DNA of 64,000 nucleotides from positions 47,182,001 to 47,246,000 of the forward strand of contig OZ296654.1 of NCBI GenBank assembly GCA_965655095.1, given 5' to 3'. The notes under the pieces are model-generated. The model was not told where the DNA came from, ran no database searches, and worked only from the letters and a program-made list of their open reading frames with translations. The stretch comes from Haplodiscus bocki. Taxonomy: Eukaryota. Both the position numbers and the translations under genes were made by a program. Positions 53,301 to 64,000 of the stretch are shown piece by piece (within the stretch, counting starts at the first letter, position 1; each line of letters opens with the position of its first letter).

Positions 53301-56300
53301 TATTTATAAAAAGACAGGTGATAAATCAAACGTAGAAGCATTTCGCTCTTGCACAAAACTGTGATGCAACAATTGAGTATACTACAAAGAGAACTGTTGT
53401 GACTCTACAATCAAATGTGTAGGGAAATGTTGCCAATTTTACAGTTTGGTAAGATTCCTTTTTGCAACACAACGCTAGGATTTATTTCTTGGAAACAATA
53501 TAGAACAAGAGCTTAGATCAGAGCGAAAACTTTCAACAGAACTGCAAGTGATGTGATTACATTCAAATTGTGATTGTATCACTGAAACTAGAGCAAATAG
53601 TATTAGACAACCTATTTTATAGAGTTTTGCATAAGATAAACTTCCAGTTCATATATTGTTTCAACAACTCAGAAATGTGGACTTGAACTTACTGACAAAC
53701 CAAATAAACTCAGATCAGAATAATATTACAAATTACTTGCAGGAGGATGATTGTAACATAGATAACTTTTAAAACATATCAATGAAGTTTATTTTACAAT
53801 TAATGGAATCACCAATTCATATTATTTAGGAGTTCCTTTTAATGAACGAATCAGTTTCAATAGAGACCTTCCACGAGACAAAGTTGAAGATTTCCTACTT
53901 TTAATTACCTCAAGTACTAATACACTCATGGAATAAGAAAAAACAAAACCACACGGACCATTATAATTCAATTTGGAAGACTCAAAAGAGAAATTTTTTC
54001 TCGAGATAACTTTGGAACTGAAGAATGTGAGATAATAAACGAAGAATTATTGCTGATTAAAACTACCTACAAAACCGATTTGAGATTGCACAACAAACCA
54101 ACAACTCTTTTTACAATGTTTTTCGGAAACTCTTGAGAAGAAATTGCAATTGACAAAAAAACATCAACCTCGTGTTGTTTCTTTCAACACGTCAATAATA
54201 GAAAGAATTATACGGATGCTTCTAAACAGAAAGGCATTGTTAAGAATAAAATTTTCTAATAACGATAAATACAAAAGATATTCAACTGAATAGATGTTCT
54301 TTTTTTGTTCTCTTGTATCTTTCTATCAAGGAAAAAGTTTTGGGAGAGCAGTTTTCAGGGAAAAACATTTTGAAAACAGTTTTTTGATAGTGGCCGTTAT
54401 CAAAAGTTTGCAAAAGACGTAATTTTTGTATAAAAGAAGCGATAGTTTTAGGCAGAGAAGAATAACTCTAAAGGTTGTTCATAGAAAATATTAAAATGCC
54501 AGTTTTGTCGAAAGATTTCTTAGAAACGTACCCTTGGCCTTGGGAAAAATTACCATGATGAACACATTGGGAAAATCATCGAGATTGGTGTATACCACAC
54601 AAGAACGACAGTATAGAAGAAGTTAAAACACTGAGCTCTTTTTTCAGGTAAAGTTTTTCTGAAAACCATTGAAATTATTTGCAAAAAAACTATGAAAAAA
54701 GTATCTCAGGAGGAACATGATTAGTTTCCCACCAATGGAGTTTTCTCTTTCAATGATTATGCAGGGGTATCGTAACTTTTGATGATATGTTTAGTTATAA
54801 CCAGCAAGTGGGTGATCCATTTTCGCACTGAAGAGAGACATAAAGTGTTTGTCCATCCTTGTTTGTCTCAATGCTTTTTTTCTTCCTAAGAGCACTAATA
54901 GAAACATTGGAAACTTCTTTTCTTTTTTCAAATGAGGTATCAAAGTCTGAAACTAAAATCAGCTTGTGTTTATAGACGTGTATAGTGTGGAACAGAAACC
55001 ACTGATGGTGGTGTGATTGAAAGAGGTCTAATATTTTATTTGGTCGAAGTAAGAAAGGTAGCAGAGGAAAATCAACGACTGTTAGGGATAAATTTTTCAA
55101 AGTCAAAGTGTATGGTAATTCTCTAAATTAACAAGAATTTTTTCTCTTTCATTCTGAAACGCAGCCACAAGTTCAACGAAATATCTTTGAAAAGCAATTT
55201 TTAATGGGTTGGACAAATTGGTAGTGATGTTGAACCTAAATGTCTAATAGCAGTTTTCTCAACAGTACCTCATGTATTAAACATTTTTGATAATGGTCAT
55301 GCCTATTATCTTGGAATGTTTGATAAACAATCTTCTCGGGTTTTTAAGATTGTATCAATTTACTTGTAAAAAATCATTCCAATGTATAGATTTGAGTTTA
55401 CACTCACATTCAGGATTATCTATGTTTGAATCTACTTTTGGTAATAATTTCCTCTATGTTGTCTCCATTTGCTCTATAAGAACCTGCTTTAGAAGTTGAT
55501 CACAGTTTAAAGAAACGAAAGGATGAAAATATTTTCAAGATTTCTATCAAAAACAACAGAAGAAAGTTACATTTCTCGAAAAGAATGACCTAAAGCGACG
55601 AAGAAACAAAAAAAATTCTTCCGAATTTCTCTTGGAACAATTCATTTTGTATGCTTCTACATTGCTTACGATTGTGTCGGTTTAGTAGTTTTTACAAAGT
55701 AACATTACAAACTTGTTTACGCAAACAATAAAAGAGGTTGTAAGTACAGATAGCAACATAACAGGCTTTGATATTTGTTCATGATGAATTTGAGTATATT
55801 GCAGAGCATTTGGGAGAGAAAGTTTTGATTACCTTCTAATAGAGAAATCCAAACAAGACTATGAAGTGAAATTTATTATTTGTTATGAGATTGACCAGCA
55901 AACAACATACATTGAGTATACCATAAAAGAAACCGTTATGAAAAGTAGAAAATTATCTACTCAGTTCATTTCTTTTTCATCCTATTGGTCAATACTATAA
56001 CGTTGATCGACATCGTGCTTTAAGGCTAATTGAAGTAATGACCAAATCAGCTAGAGGACATTTTATTGTTAGTACTTTGTTGAAAAAAGTTTTGGGACTT
56101 GCTGATTACGAACAAGATGTTACTTCTGCTGTAGAGTACGAGAAGATCTTCGAAAAGAATTAATGACCAGACCGTATTAAGTCGTGTTGGTAGAGCACTT
56201 TGAAAAATTGCAACAAATAACATTCATTGGTACATACTCTATTGTACACCTAGAAATGCTCAGCAAACGTTATCAAGCCAGAAAAAATCATCTCAGCTCC

Positions 56301-56650
56301 AACCGAAAAATTGAACATCCAATTATCTGTTCTTGTAAAAATGTAACTCAACAAAATAATTGGAATTTTGAATCAGGGCTGAAAGCGGTATATATATTCC
56401 AATATAAACCACATCAGGATTTCAACGAAGACACCGATTAAACTCTCAAGTTTTAAAAACTGATTTTTTTGCACCTACACACTTATGCACAATGAAGTTT
56501 TGGCTCTGAAATTTGAACAGATGTTGGTATAAAACTAGATTCTGCAAATGAATTTTATCCACAAGTGTATCGAGTAATTGTATCACGTCTTAGAGAATTG
56601 ACTAAAGATGCTATCCTTCAACCTTAAATGACACAAAACTAAGTAGAATT
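50400..56650 (+). mobile_element. highly decayed relative of the 8-23 kb Polinton
   Basis: Remnants of HTH (51115-51450), ORF2 (51459-51740), ORF3 (~51800-52230), protease (52230-52621), penton 1 (52720-53810), penton 2 start (53840-54150), MCP (DWCIPH at 54583) and PolB (QDFNEDTD ~56415). The left boundary is tentative. Confidence 0.85.
52230..52621 (+). pseudogene. adenain-like protease pseudogene
   Basis: YMRDDQF...KGIQWFTYILKNY...FQDNDTCC...YLTKVPKIDFKATLL aligns to ORF 11543-11956; catalytic His is replaced by Gln. Confidence 0.85.
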
Positions 56651-56825
56651 ACTAATTTTGACATTGGCCTAAGTTAATTTCATTATTGGATAAATTTTCC
56701 AGGTAATCGGTAACAGTTGTCAAAGATAGTATTCTTCTCACCAACATGAAAAAACGCTTACCGGTGATTTTGGAAATGGTCTTTATGGTTATCGTTTTGT
56801 TTCGAAAATTGAGTTTGTTTCTTTT

Positions 56826-57025
56826 NNNNNNNNNNNNNNNNNNNNNNNNNNNNNNNNNNNNNNNNNNNNNNNNNNNNNNNNNNNNNNNNNNNNNNNNNNN
56901 NNNNNNNNNNNNNNNNNNNNNNNNNNNNNNNNNNNNNNNNNNNNNNNNNNNNNNNNNNNNNNNNNNNNNNNNNNNNNNNNNNNNNNNNNNNNNNNNNNNN
57001 NNNNNNNNNNNNNNNNNNNNNNNNN
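56826..57025. other. assembly gap (200 N)
   Basis: Run of n. Confidence 1.
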
Positions 57026-57209
57026 ACATATTATTCAGCAAAATACGGCCAAGGCTTACTTTAAATTTTTTTAAACTAACTGTTAGTTGCATTTGACGTA
57101 ATTTTAGAAGATTTTTTTCTATTTTTCGTTGACTTTCAATGATTTTCTACAGTTTTTGCCCTATTTTGTCCTATTTTGTCACCGTGGTTGATTTTGTCAA
57201 AAACGTAGA

Positions 57210-57900
57210 AGTCCTGACATGTTTAAATCATGTAATCTTGGCTGTTCATGAAATGGTAACTGACGCTAAAGGAGCTACCACGTGCAGGCGCAAATTTAAC
57301 GCCCCATCATCACAATACTAAAGTACAAAGAATGAAGGACCTTCCAAAAACATGGGTTCCAAGGGGAAAACAGATTGAGGATTCAGAGCAAAAAACAAAG
57401 AGAAACAATAATATCAGTTTTATAGAAAAACCCAGTTGAACACAAAGACTCTAAAGGCCTCAATTGAACAAGGACCTTCTAACCAGTATGAATGAACCTA
57501 AACAAATTTTGAATAAAAAGCATTCAGATCGAAACTTTGGAACTTTGCAAGACTAGAACTAAAAAATCGAGTCTTGACATCCTCAACTTTTATTGACTCT
57601 CAGCTGGTCGTGACATGGTTACTGACACTGACAGTTCTGCCACTTGCTGTAGCAAATTCGAAGTTCCATCATTGAAAACCAGTACAGAAAATGAAGGACC
57701 TTCCGAAAACATCGATTTCACCGAAAATCCCTCTGAAGATTCCAAAGAAAAAAAGTTCAAAAAAACTTTACCCTCAACTTTTATGAAACAACCCGGTGGA
57801 ACACCAGAACCTTAAGTGAAACTGTTGAACTTGGAACTTGCAACCAGAAGGAAATGAATTAAAATTATTTTGAGAGGGGCATTCAGTTTAAAACTGTCAA
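57210..57900 (+). repeat. two tandem ~360-bp diverged units
   Basis: atggtaactgac/atggttactgac and aatgaaggaccttcc recur at ~57252/57615 and ~57331/57690. Confidence 0.7.
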
Positions 57901-58109
57901 AAATTCTGTAAAACTCTAACTTGTCAAGTCGAAATGTAATCAATTTTTACCCAAAATAATCAAAACTTTCACTCTAAGCATGGAGAACAAAAAACAGGAA
58001 GCACCAGAACCCGAAAGCAACAATCGACCATGGACCTTGTGAGTAACCAGCAAGAAATACACTGAAGGAAGTTTGAATAAGCGTTCATATTAAAACTGAT
58101 TAATAAAAA

Positions 58110-58985
58110 ACAAACCTCAGGGAACACTTTATAAAGGTCCGAAAGGCATTCCCATTTTCATTGTGCAAATTAAAAGATCATTTTTGTAACACTCGACCAA
58201 TAGGATGTTGAAACACAAATTTATGAAAAAAACAAAGCTATCTTACCAATGAAAGAAAAATTGGCCTCTTTTTCCTCGTATTACCGAGTATGACAAACCT
58301 CAAGTAACAATATATAAGGTTCCACCAGGTTTTTTGACTAATATTGTGCAAGATATATTATAAATTCTCAAGGACCTAAGAGGTCGACAAGAACAATAAT
58401 TCAACAAAAAAGGCTTCTTCCAGATGAAAAAACTGCCTACATTTCCTCGTTTTAGCGAGTATGGAGGACCTCCGGTATCTTTTTATTAGGCTCCACAAGG
58501 TCTTTCGGCTTTAATGGTGCAAATTATATGATCATTTCTGTATCACCTTTGAGGTTGTTGAAAACACAAGCTTTTGAGGAAAAAAGGCTAATTTCACAGG
58601 AAAATTTTTTTTGGCCTATTTTTTCTCGTATTAGCGAGTACAACAAACCTCAAGGAACAATTTGTAAATGTCCAAGAGGTATTGTGACTGTCACTGTTGA
58701 AGTTACAAGATCATTTCTGTAGGACCGAAAGAGGTCGATAGTAAACTTTCTCAAAAAAAAGCTATCCTTCCAGTGAAAAAAGGCCTTTTTTCAATACCGA
58801 GCATGACAAACCTCAGGGAACAATCTATAAGGGCCCACGAAGTAATTTGACTGTTTTGGTTTAAGTTTTAATGTTATTTCTGTAACACCTAAGAGCTCGC
58901 TAAAAACTAAAATTTGGAAGAAAATGACTGTTTTTCCTGTCATCAAAAAATTGGACCTGAGTTCTTTTCGTATTATCGAGTATTA
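58110..58985 (+). repeat. tandem array, ~175-bp period, about 5 units
   Basis: aaacctca.ggaaca-like anchor at ~58113, 58295, 58467, 58645 and 58808. Confidence 0.8.
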
Positions 58986-59080
58986 AAGCTTTATGGTTGT
59001 TCCCATTTTATATATCTTTCTAATCTGAGCCCTACCAATGAGCTGGTAGGAGGTGTGCCTGAAAAGTTAGAGATCTAACG

Positions 59081-59600
59081 AGTAGTAGAAGTCGGAGCTG
59101 AGCGGACGGGGGCCGGGCGACCCTATGTTTTAAGATAGGCTATAGCAGCTGAGAGCCGAGAAGGGTCGCCCGGCCATGTATTAAGATAGGGTTTGTTTCG
59201 GCAATGTATTAAGATATGGAGCCGACTCAATGTATTAAGATAGGGTACCGACTCGAAATATTAAAGTATGGAGCCGAGAGCCGAAAGCCGACTCAATTTA
59301 TTAAGATAGGCGATGCATGTATTAAGATAGGGAGTCGGTTCAATGTATTAAGATATGGAGCCAAAAGCCGAGTCAATGTATTAAGATAGGTAATAGCATT
59401 AGGTAGTTCGTCTTAATGTATAAAGTTTTGGAATGACTCATTTTCGGCACTGTGCGACAATTTTCGGCACTCTGAGATTTTTTTCGAAAAAAATTCAAAA
59501 ATTCATGGCAGGCCCGCCCGCGCGGATTTTTATTACGCCTGCGGATAATTATTACGCCTGCGGATATTTCATTACGCGTGCGGATACTGATATGACTCAA
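59081..59600 (+). repeat. AGTAGTAG-initiated terminal-repeat-like segment with internal short repeats
   Basis: About nine (a)tgtattaagata(gg) units interspersed with gagccga, then three attacgc.tgcggata units. Confidence 0.65.
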
Positions 59601-62600
59601 CACTATGTAAAAAGATTGTGTAATAGTTTGAAAAAGTTAATTAGAACGTACAAAAATGGACAGAAACATGATATAAACTGCACATTTACATAAAAAGATT
59701 ACATATAATTACTAAAAAAAGAGAGTACAAAAAATACTATGCATACTAAAATGGTTTACAAATTCAACTTCTACTACAAGTTCAACTGAACTACAAGTTC
59801 AGACTTTTTTGATGAAGAACTGAATTCAGAGACAGGGCTTCGTTTTTTTCACTTTTTCAAGACTCATGGTAAGAAATACCGCAGAGAGGTTTCTTCTTTT
59901 GGATTCGGATGGTTATCGGTTAAAAGTTGGATTATAAAGGTGTTGAAAATTAGCGCAATCTAGAAACGACATAAGCTTTCGTTAATGACGCGCTTGTTAT
60001 ATTGGATTTCAATATTCTTGTTGTTCATCCACTTGTTCTTGTTTCAATTCATAAAGCTCAAAGTCGGTATCTGATGTATATCTGTTCCCGTTTTGAAGGT
60101 CAGTGATCTCAGTGATGTATCTTTCCGTGATCTTGGTGTAATTTGAACTGTTGTAGCTTTACCATTTCTGATCTCTATTTCAGTAGTGAAAATTATTATG
60201 CAACTGATGAGGATTTGAAAAACCATTTCGCGATGATTTTGGATTCATTACTGTGCCAGTAACAGACCCGTTCAGAAATTGAAATTATCAGTCACTAATG
60301 CTGTGTCATGCACGCAGATTTCGAGAAAAGCCAACTGATTGCGCTAAAAATTTTCGAGGGGTTGGTGGAGTTGTGTGTTCACGCGAGCGACGGTTAGACG
60401 CAATCTTTATCATTGGAGAACTGTAATTGGTTCCTTAATTGCTACACTAAATAACAAAGTAGATTGCGAACGCAAATGAACTGCAGAACGTGATAGCTAC
60501 GCTATCATCAAATAACAGGCAGTTTTTGTAAATTCAGCGCAACTGAAAAGCCTAACTTCAAAACAGTAGACAACTATTTTTAGAATAGCTGATTATGTGT
60601 AAGAACTGTGTAATTGTTCTTCTGAGTAGAACTACTATTAGTATGCAGGTTAGAGACTAATTTTCTATGTTTCTGCTTGTAATCACTGCGGTGTACTGCA
60701 TCTATCTCAAACTTTCCTAATTTCTAATGGAATTCAATGTTCTGTGTAGCTATGCTGTTCAATTTGCTGCTGTTGCCATTTTTGTTTGTAGTGTATGTCA
60801 GTTTCTTTAGTTGAAAGAATTGCAATTTAGTTTTCTTTGTAATTAGTTTCGTCTTTTCACTTGTTGAGTAAAGATAAACTTGAGTTGGTTGTCAAATGGT
60901 TACAGTCAGTATTTAAAAAGCTTCAAGGAACTGATGAACTATTGTTCTGATTTAATGCATCAGTGGTGATTCTAATTGCCTGGATAGAAACTGTTGGGTT
61001 TATGATTAGCGTTATGTGGCAAAGATGGTGGGGTTCATCTTTCACAGAAATACCGATAAAGGTCTGTTTCGTTAGATAAAGCAAGAGGGGAGTTTTTCGT
61101 CATTCGGTTGAAAAACTAGAAGCTTCTAATTAATATATGAAGAGTCGACATTGGCTCCCATCACTCGGATTAATAAGCTAATATTAGCCAATAAACAATT
61201 TTTTCCCACAAAACAATCTTGTATGGCCTCTTTTTCATTGAGAATTATAGTTTTGCTTTACAGGAGAGGTTAATGGTTGAAAACATCAAAAAGATTGTTA
61301 CGATGAGAAAGAATTCCGGCTTTACTAAACAATTATCGTATTTCGGTGAATCGGGCCGCTACAGATGGCTTTTTAGTGGCTTTCGGTATATCGGTTGAAA
61401 CTTCTCTGTGTCCCTTATGTCCTAAACTAGTGGTCTTGTCGTTTCTTCAGGTGGCGTCGGATTATATAAGTTTCTTCGATGTTGATTAGGCTCTTTGCTG
61501 TTTGATGGACGAACTTTTCTTCATAACCTCAGCAGTGTTTGCTCTAATTTGGTTATATGGTTGGTTTTATAATACATAGTGTCATATGGGGGGAAATACA
61601 AACAATAATTTATAACTGCACTTATACCTTTATGTCATTAGTGGCTAAAAAACTTGCTTCAGTATTGTACTAATGTTAATGGCTTCATGCATCCAAAACA
61701 TAGTGTAAGTTTAAGGATTTGTACAAAACTCATGTTTTTTGGGCATGACATCCGTTTAATTACCGCAATAAATTATTTCGTCTCATTTGCCTGTTTATCT
61801 AAAATCTGGTTTCCAGGAGAAGACGGTATTTTTCAGCCATTCAGCCGTGACTGTTTTGGGCACACCTTTTAACATCTTCAATCAGTGCACGCTAATGACG
61901 AAGATTTTGTGAACAAAAGACTTTTCAGCAAATCAAACGACAAATTTAGATTTTTGGATCTTATCGGTTAGCGTTAATTGAAATGAACGGACATTTAAAG
62001 AGAGTCCCCATTCTTTTACAATGTGGGATGCGTAGATTACTGAAAGGGTCACTTCATGAAAAGAAAACAACAAATTAATGAAGATGTTTCTATGCATCTT
62101 ACAAAAAATTCGTGGAGAGATTCGGATTTTTGATTAATTCTATACCAGCGAATACGGCAAACGTTTCAGAAAGGCGCTTCTGCACCATTTTAGACTAGTT
62201 TTCTAACTTAAGGCCGTTCTAAGCCTTAAATGTTGAAGAAGTCTACGCCACGCACCGCAACCCAATATTTCAACAATTGACACGAATTTAATTATAAGAC
62301 CGAAGCGCTGTCTAAGAAATATGATCAAGCGTTTTTGCAGTAACCTACAACTTCGAATTTTCTTTCTCCTGAACCTGTTTCGCGTTCTGATAAATCAAGT
62401 CGAGCTTTTTGAACTGAAATAAGTTGAAATCTCCCAGGTGACCTTGGGAGTCGAAAATGATGATCAATACCACAGAAATTGTGATTGTCATTACCATTAA
62501 ATTATCACAGAGCTAAATATCTATAGGTTCTGAAGAGACAAATGAAATAGCTATTTGAATACATAATTCAGACACACTTACATCAGAAATCAAATGAAAA

Positions 62601-64000
62601 TATTTATTTTAACTGTACAAAAATAGTTTCGTAATTTTCATTTTTCCAGCCGGTGAGAAATATTCAGCCAGGACTTCTATAAATACGGGCCAACATTGAG
62701 TAAATTATAGAACAACAAAATTCATGAGAAAAGATATTTTCAAGAAATCCGTGATTTCCCCCAAATTTTGTCTGTATCTAAATTTTTCTAGGTAGTTGAA
62801 ATGCAAAGTTGACCAAACTGAAGTTTACATGGATGAGTTAAACATGTATGGATTCCATTAATGTTACCAGCTCTCAGAAATTTTGTAAAAATATAATATA
62901 AAAATAAGGATAAAATTTGGGTAAAAATTGCAATCAAATTTGTATATGCGAAGTTGTTTAACCTTGGAAAATTTATTGATTAAAAAAATACAAAACATTG
63001 ATTTTTGGTCCATTCCGAATTAAGGAAAACATGAACTTCAATTATTAAAAGTATTTCAGCATTTAAATAGAATCGAGAAATAATTAAATGCGTGAAGAAC
63101 GTAACCAAAATAAAAAAAAACTATGTTAAACAAATATGGAGTTTCTTCGGAGATGAGGAGAGGAGAGATTAACGATGTTTCATTTTGCACAACAACTCAA
63201 TGGAAAAGGATTTGAACCAACCACAATTGAGTCCAAAATTATAGGAGATGAGATAGCAGAAGGGAAGTCGGCATAAATGCAGAGTTGATGGTCCTTTAGT
63301 TAATATTCAAAATTGTGGGTGAAAATCAAGATGCGTTGAAGTTTCTAACAGAGGCGATGACTCAGCGGCAGCAAATTTAATTTTTAATCGTCACTCGGCA
63401 AAGCTTGTGAATTAGTCGATATTCTTGCTCTCCATTAGGAGAAATAACTACTCGCATGTTGTCTGGAATGTAGTTCGGCGGAGAATGCAAAGATGTCGTT
63501 TGACAGAGAGCGTGAGCTTAAAAGAATGTTGAACCATTTCAACAAGTGGCAAAATTGAAAGTGTTTAGAAGCTGAAGCAGCATTACCAGCTCACACATTT
63601 CACTCGACCGATGTTTTTTCGTAATCGTGGACCCTGAAAAAAATGATAAAAATGGAAAACAACAAAAATAAATGAATAAAATTGAATTCTGAAGAAGAAA
63701 TTTGAGCATGCAGATGAGTTTAGATTTATGGGGGATGTTCTTTTTGCGTACATCAGAGTGTGCATGAAAAAGTATCTCCGAATCATAGGATAAATTTCTG
63801 GAGGGTGGATGAATAATTTTCGAATGTTCTTTGGGTTGGAAAATTGCTTAACCTATAAAAATATATTGGAACAACAATGCCACTTTTGCTCATAGGTTGC
63901 TTCATTGTATATTGAATAAAATGAGAAATTATGATTTTCAAAAAAAACGGCAGACAACGGAGATATAATATTTTTCTCGTAGAAAATCTGTCGCACAGTG

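Noticed and set aside
56652-57096. ORFs of 146 and 116 aa
   Set aside because: Artefacts spanning the N gap.
59120-59400. CRISPR-like repeat/spacer appearance
   Set aside because: Repeats are only ~12-15 bp, spacers are short and themselves repetitive, there are no cas genes, and the context is eukaryotic.
59600-62300. Decayed minus-strand PolB behind the AGTAGT terminus (AIKEPITV-like word near 60430)
   Set aside because: Only one weak motif; no catalytic motifs recognised.

Overview
AT-rich, repeat-saturated eukaryotic DNA, probably from an invertebrate animal, with one assembly gap (56826-57025). The main feature is a ~15 kb endogenous Polinton/Maverick (adintovirus-like) element at ~8140-23394. 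It encodes an HTH protein, an adenain-like protease, two tandem minor-capsid paralogs, two predicted membrane-active proteins, an A32-like packaging ATPase, a double-jelly-roll major capsid, an rve integrase and a protein-primed PolB that is cut off before motif C. Many genes carry stops or frameshifts. Sixteen of its 18 inferred gene starts sit in the exact hexamer TAAATG, the poxvirus late-promoter/initiator consensus, and the other two differ by one base. This suggests, but does not prove, a virophage-like dependence on a pox/NCLDV-type transcription machinery. A much older, mostly colinear relative of the same element lies at ~50400-56650, and a possible third Polinton-type terminus starts at 59081. 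The rest is decayed piggyBac, LINE and Gypsy remnants, probable solo LTRs, ~175-bp tandem arrays and one clean kelch-repeat host exon (33376-33573). All homology calls are motif recognition by eye, not database results.
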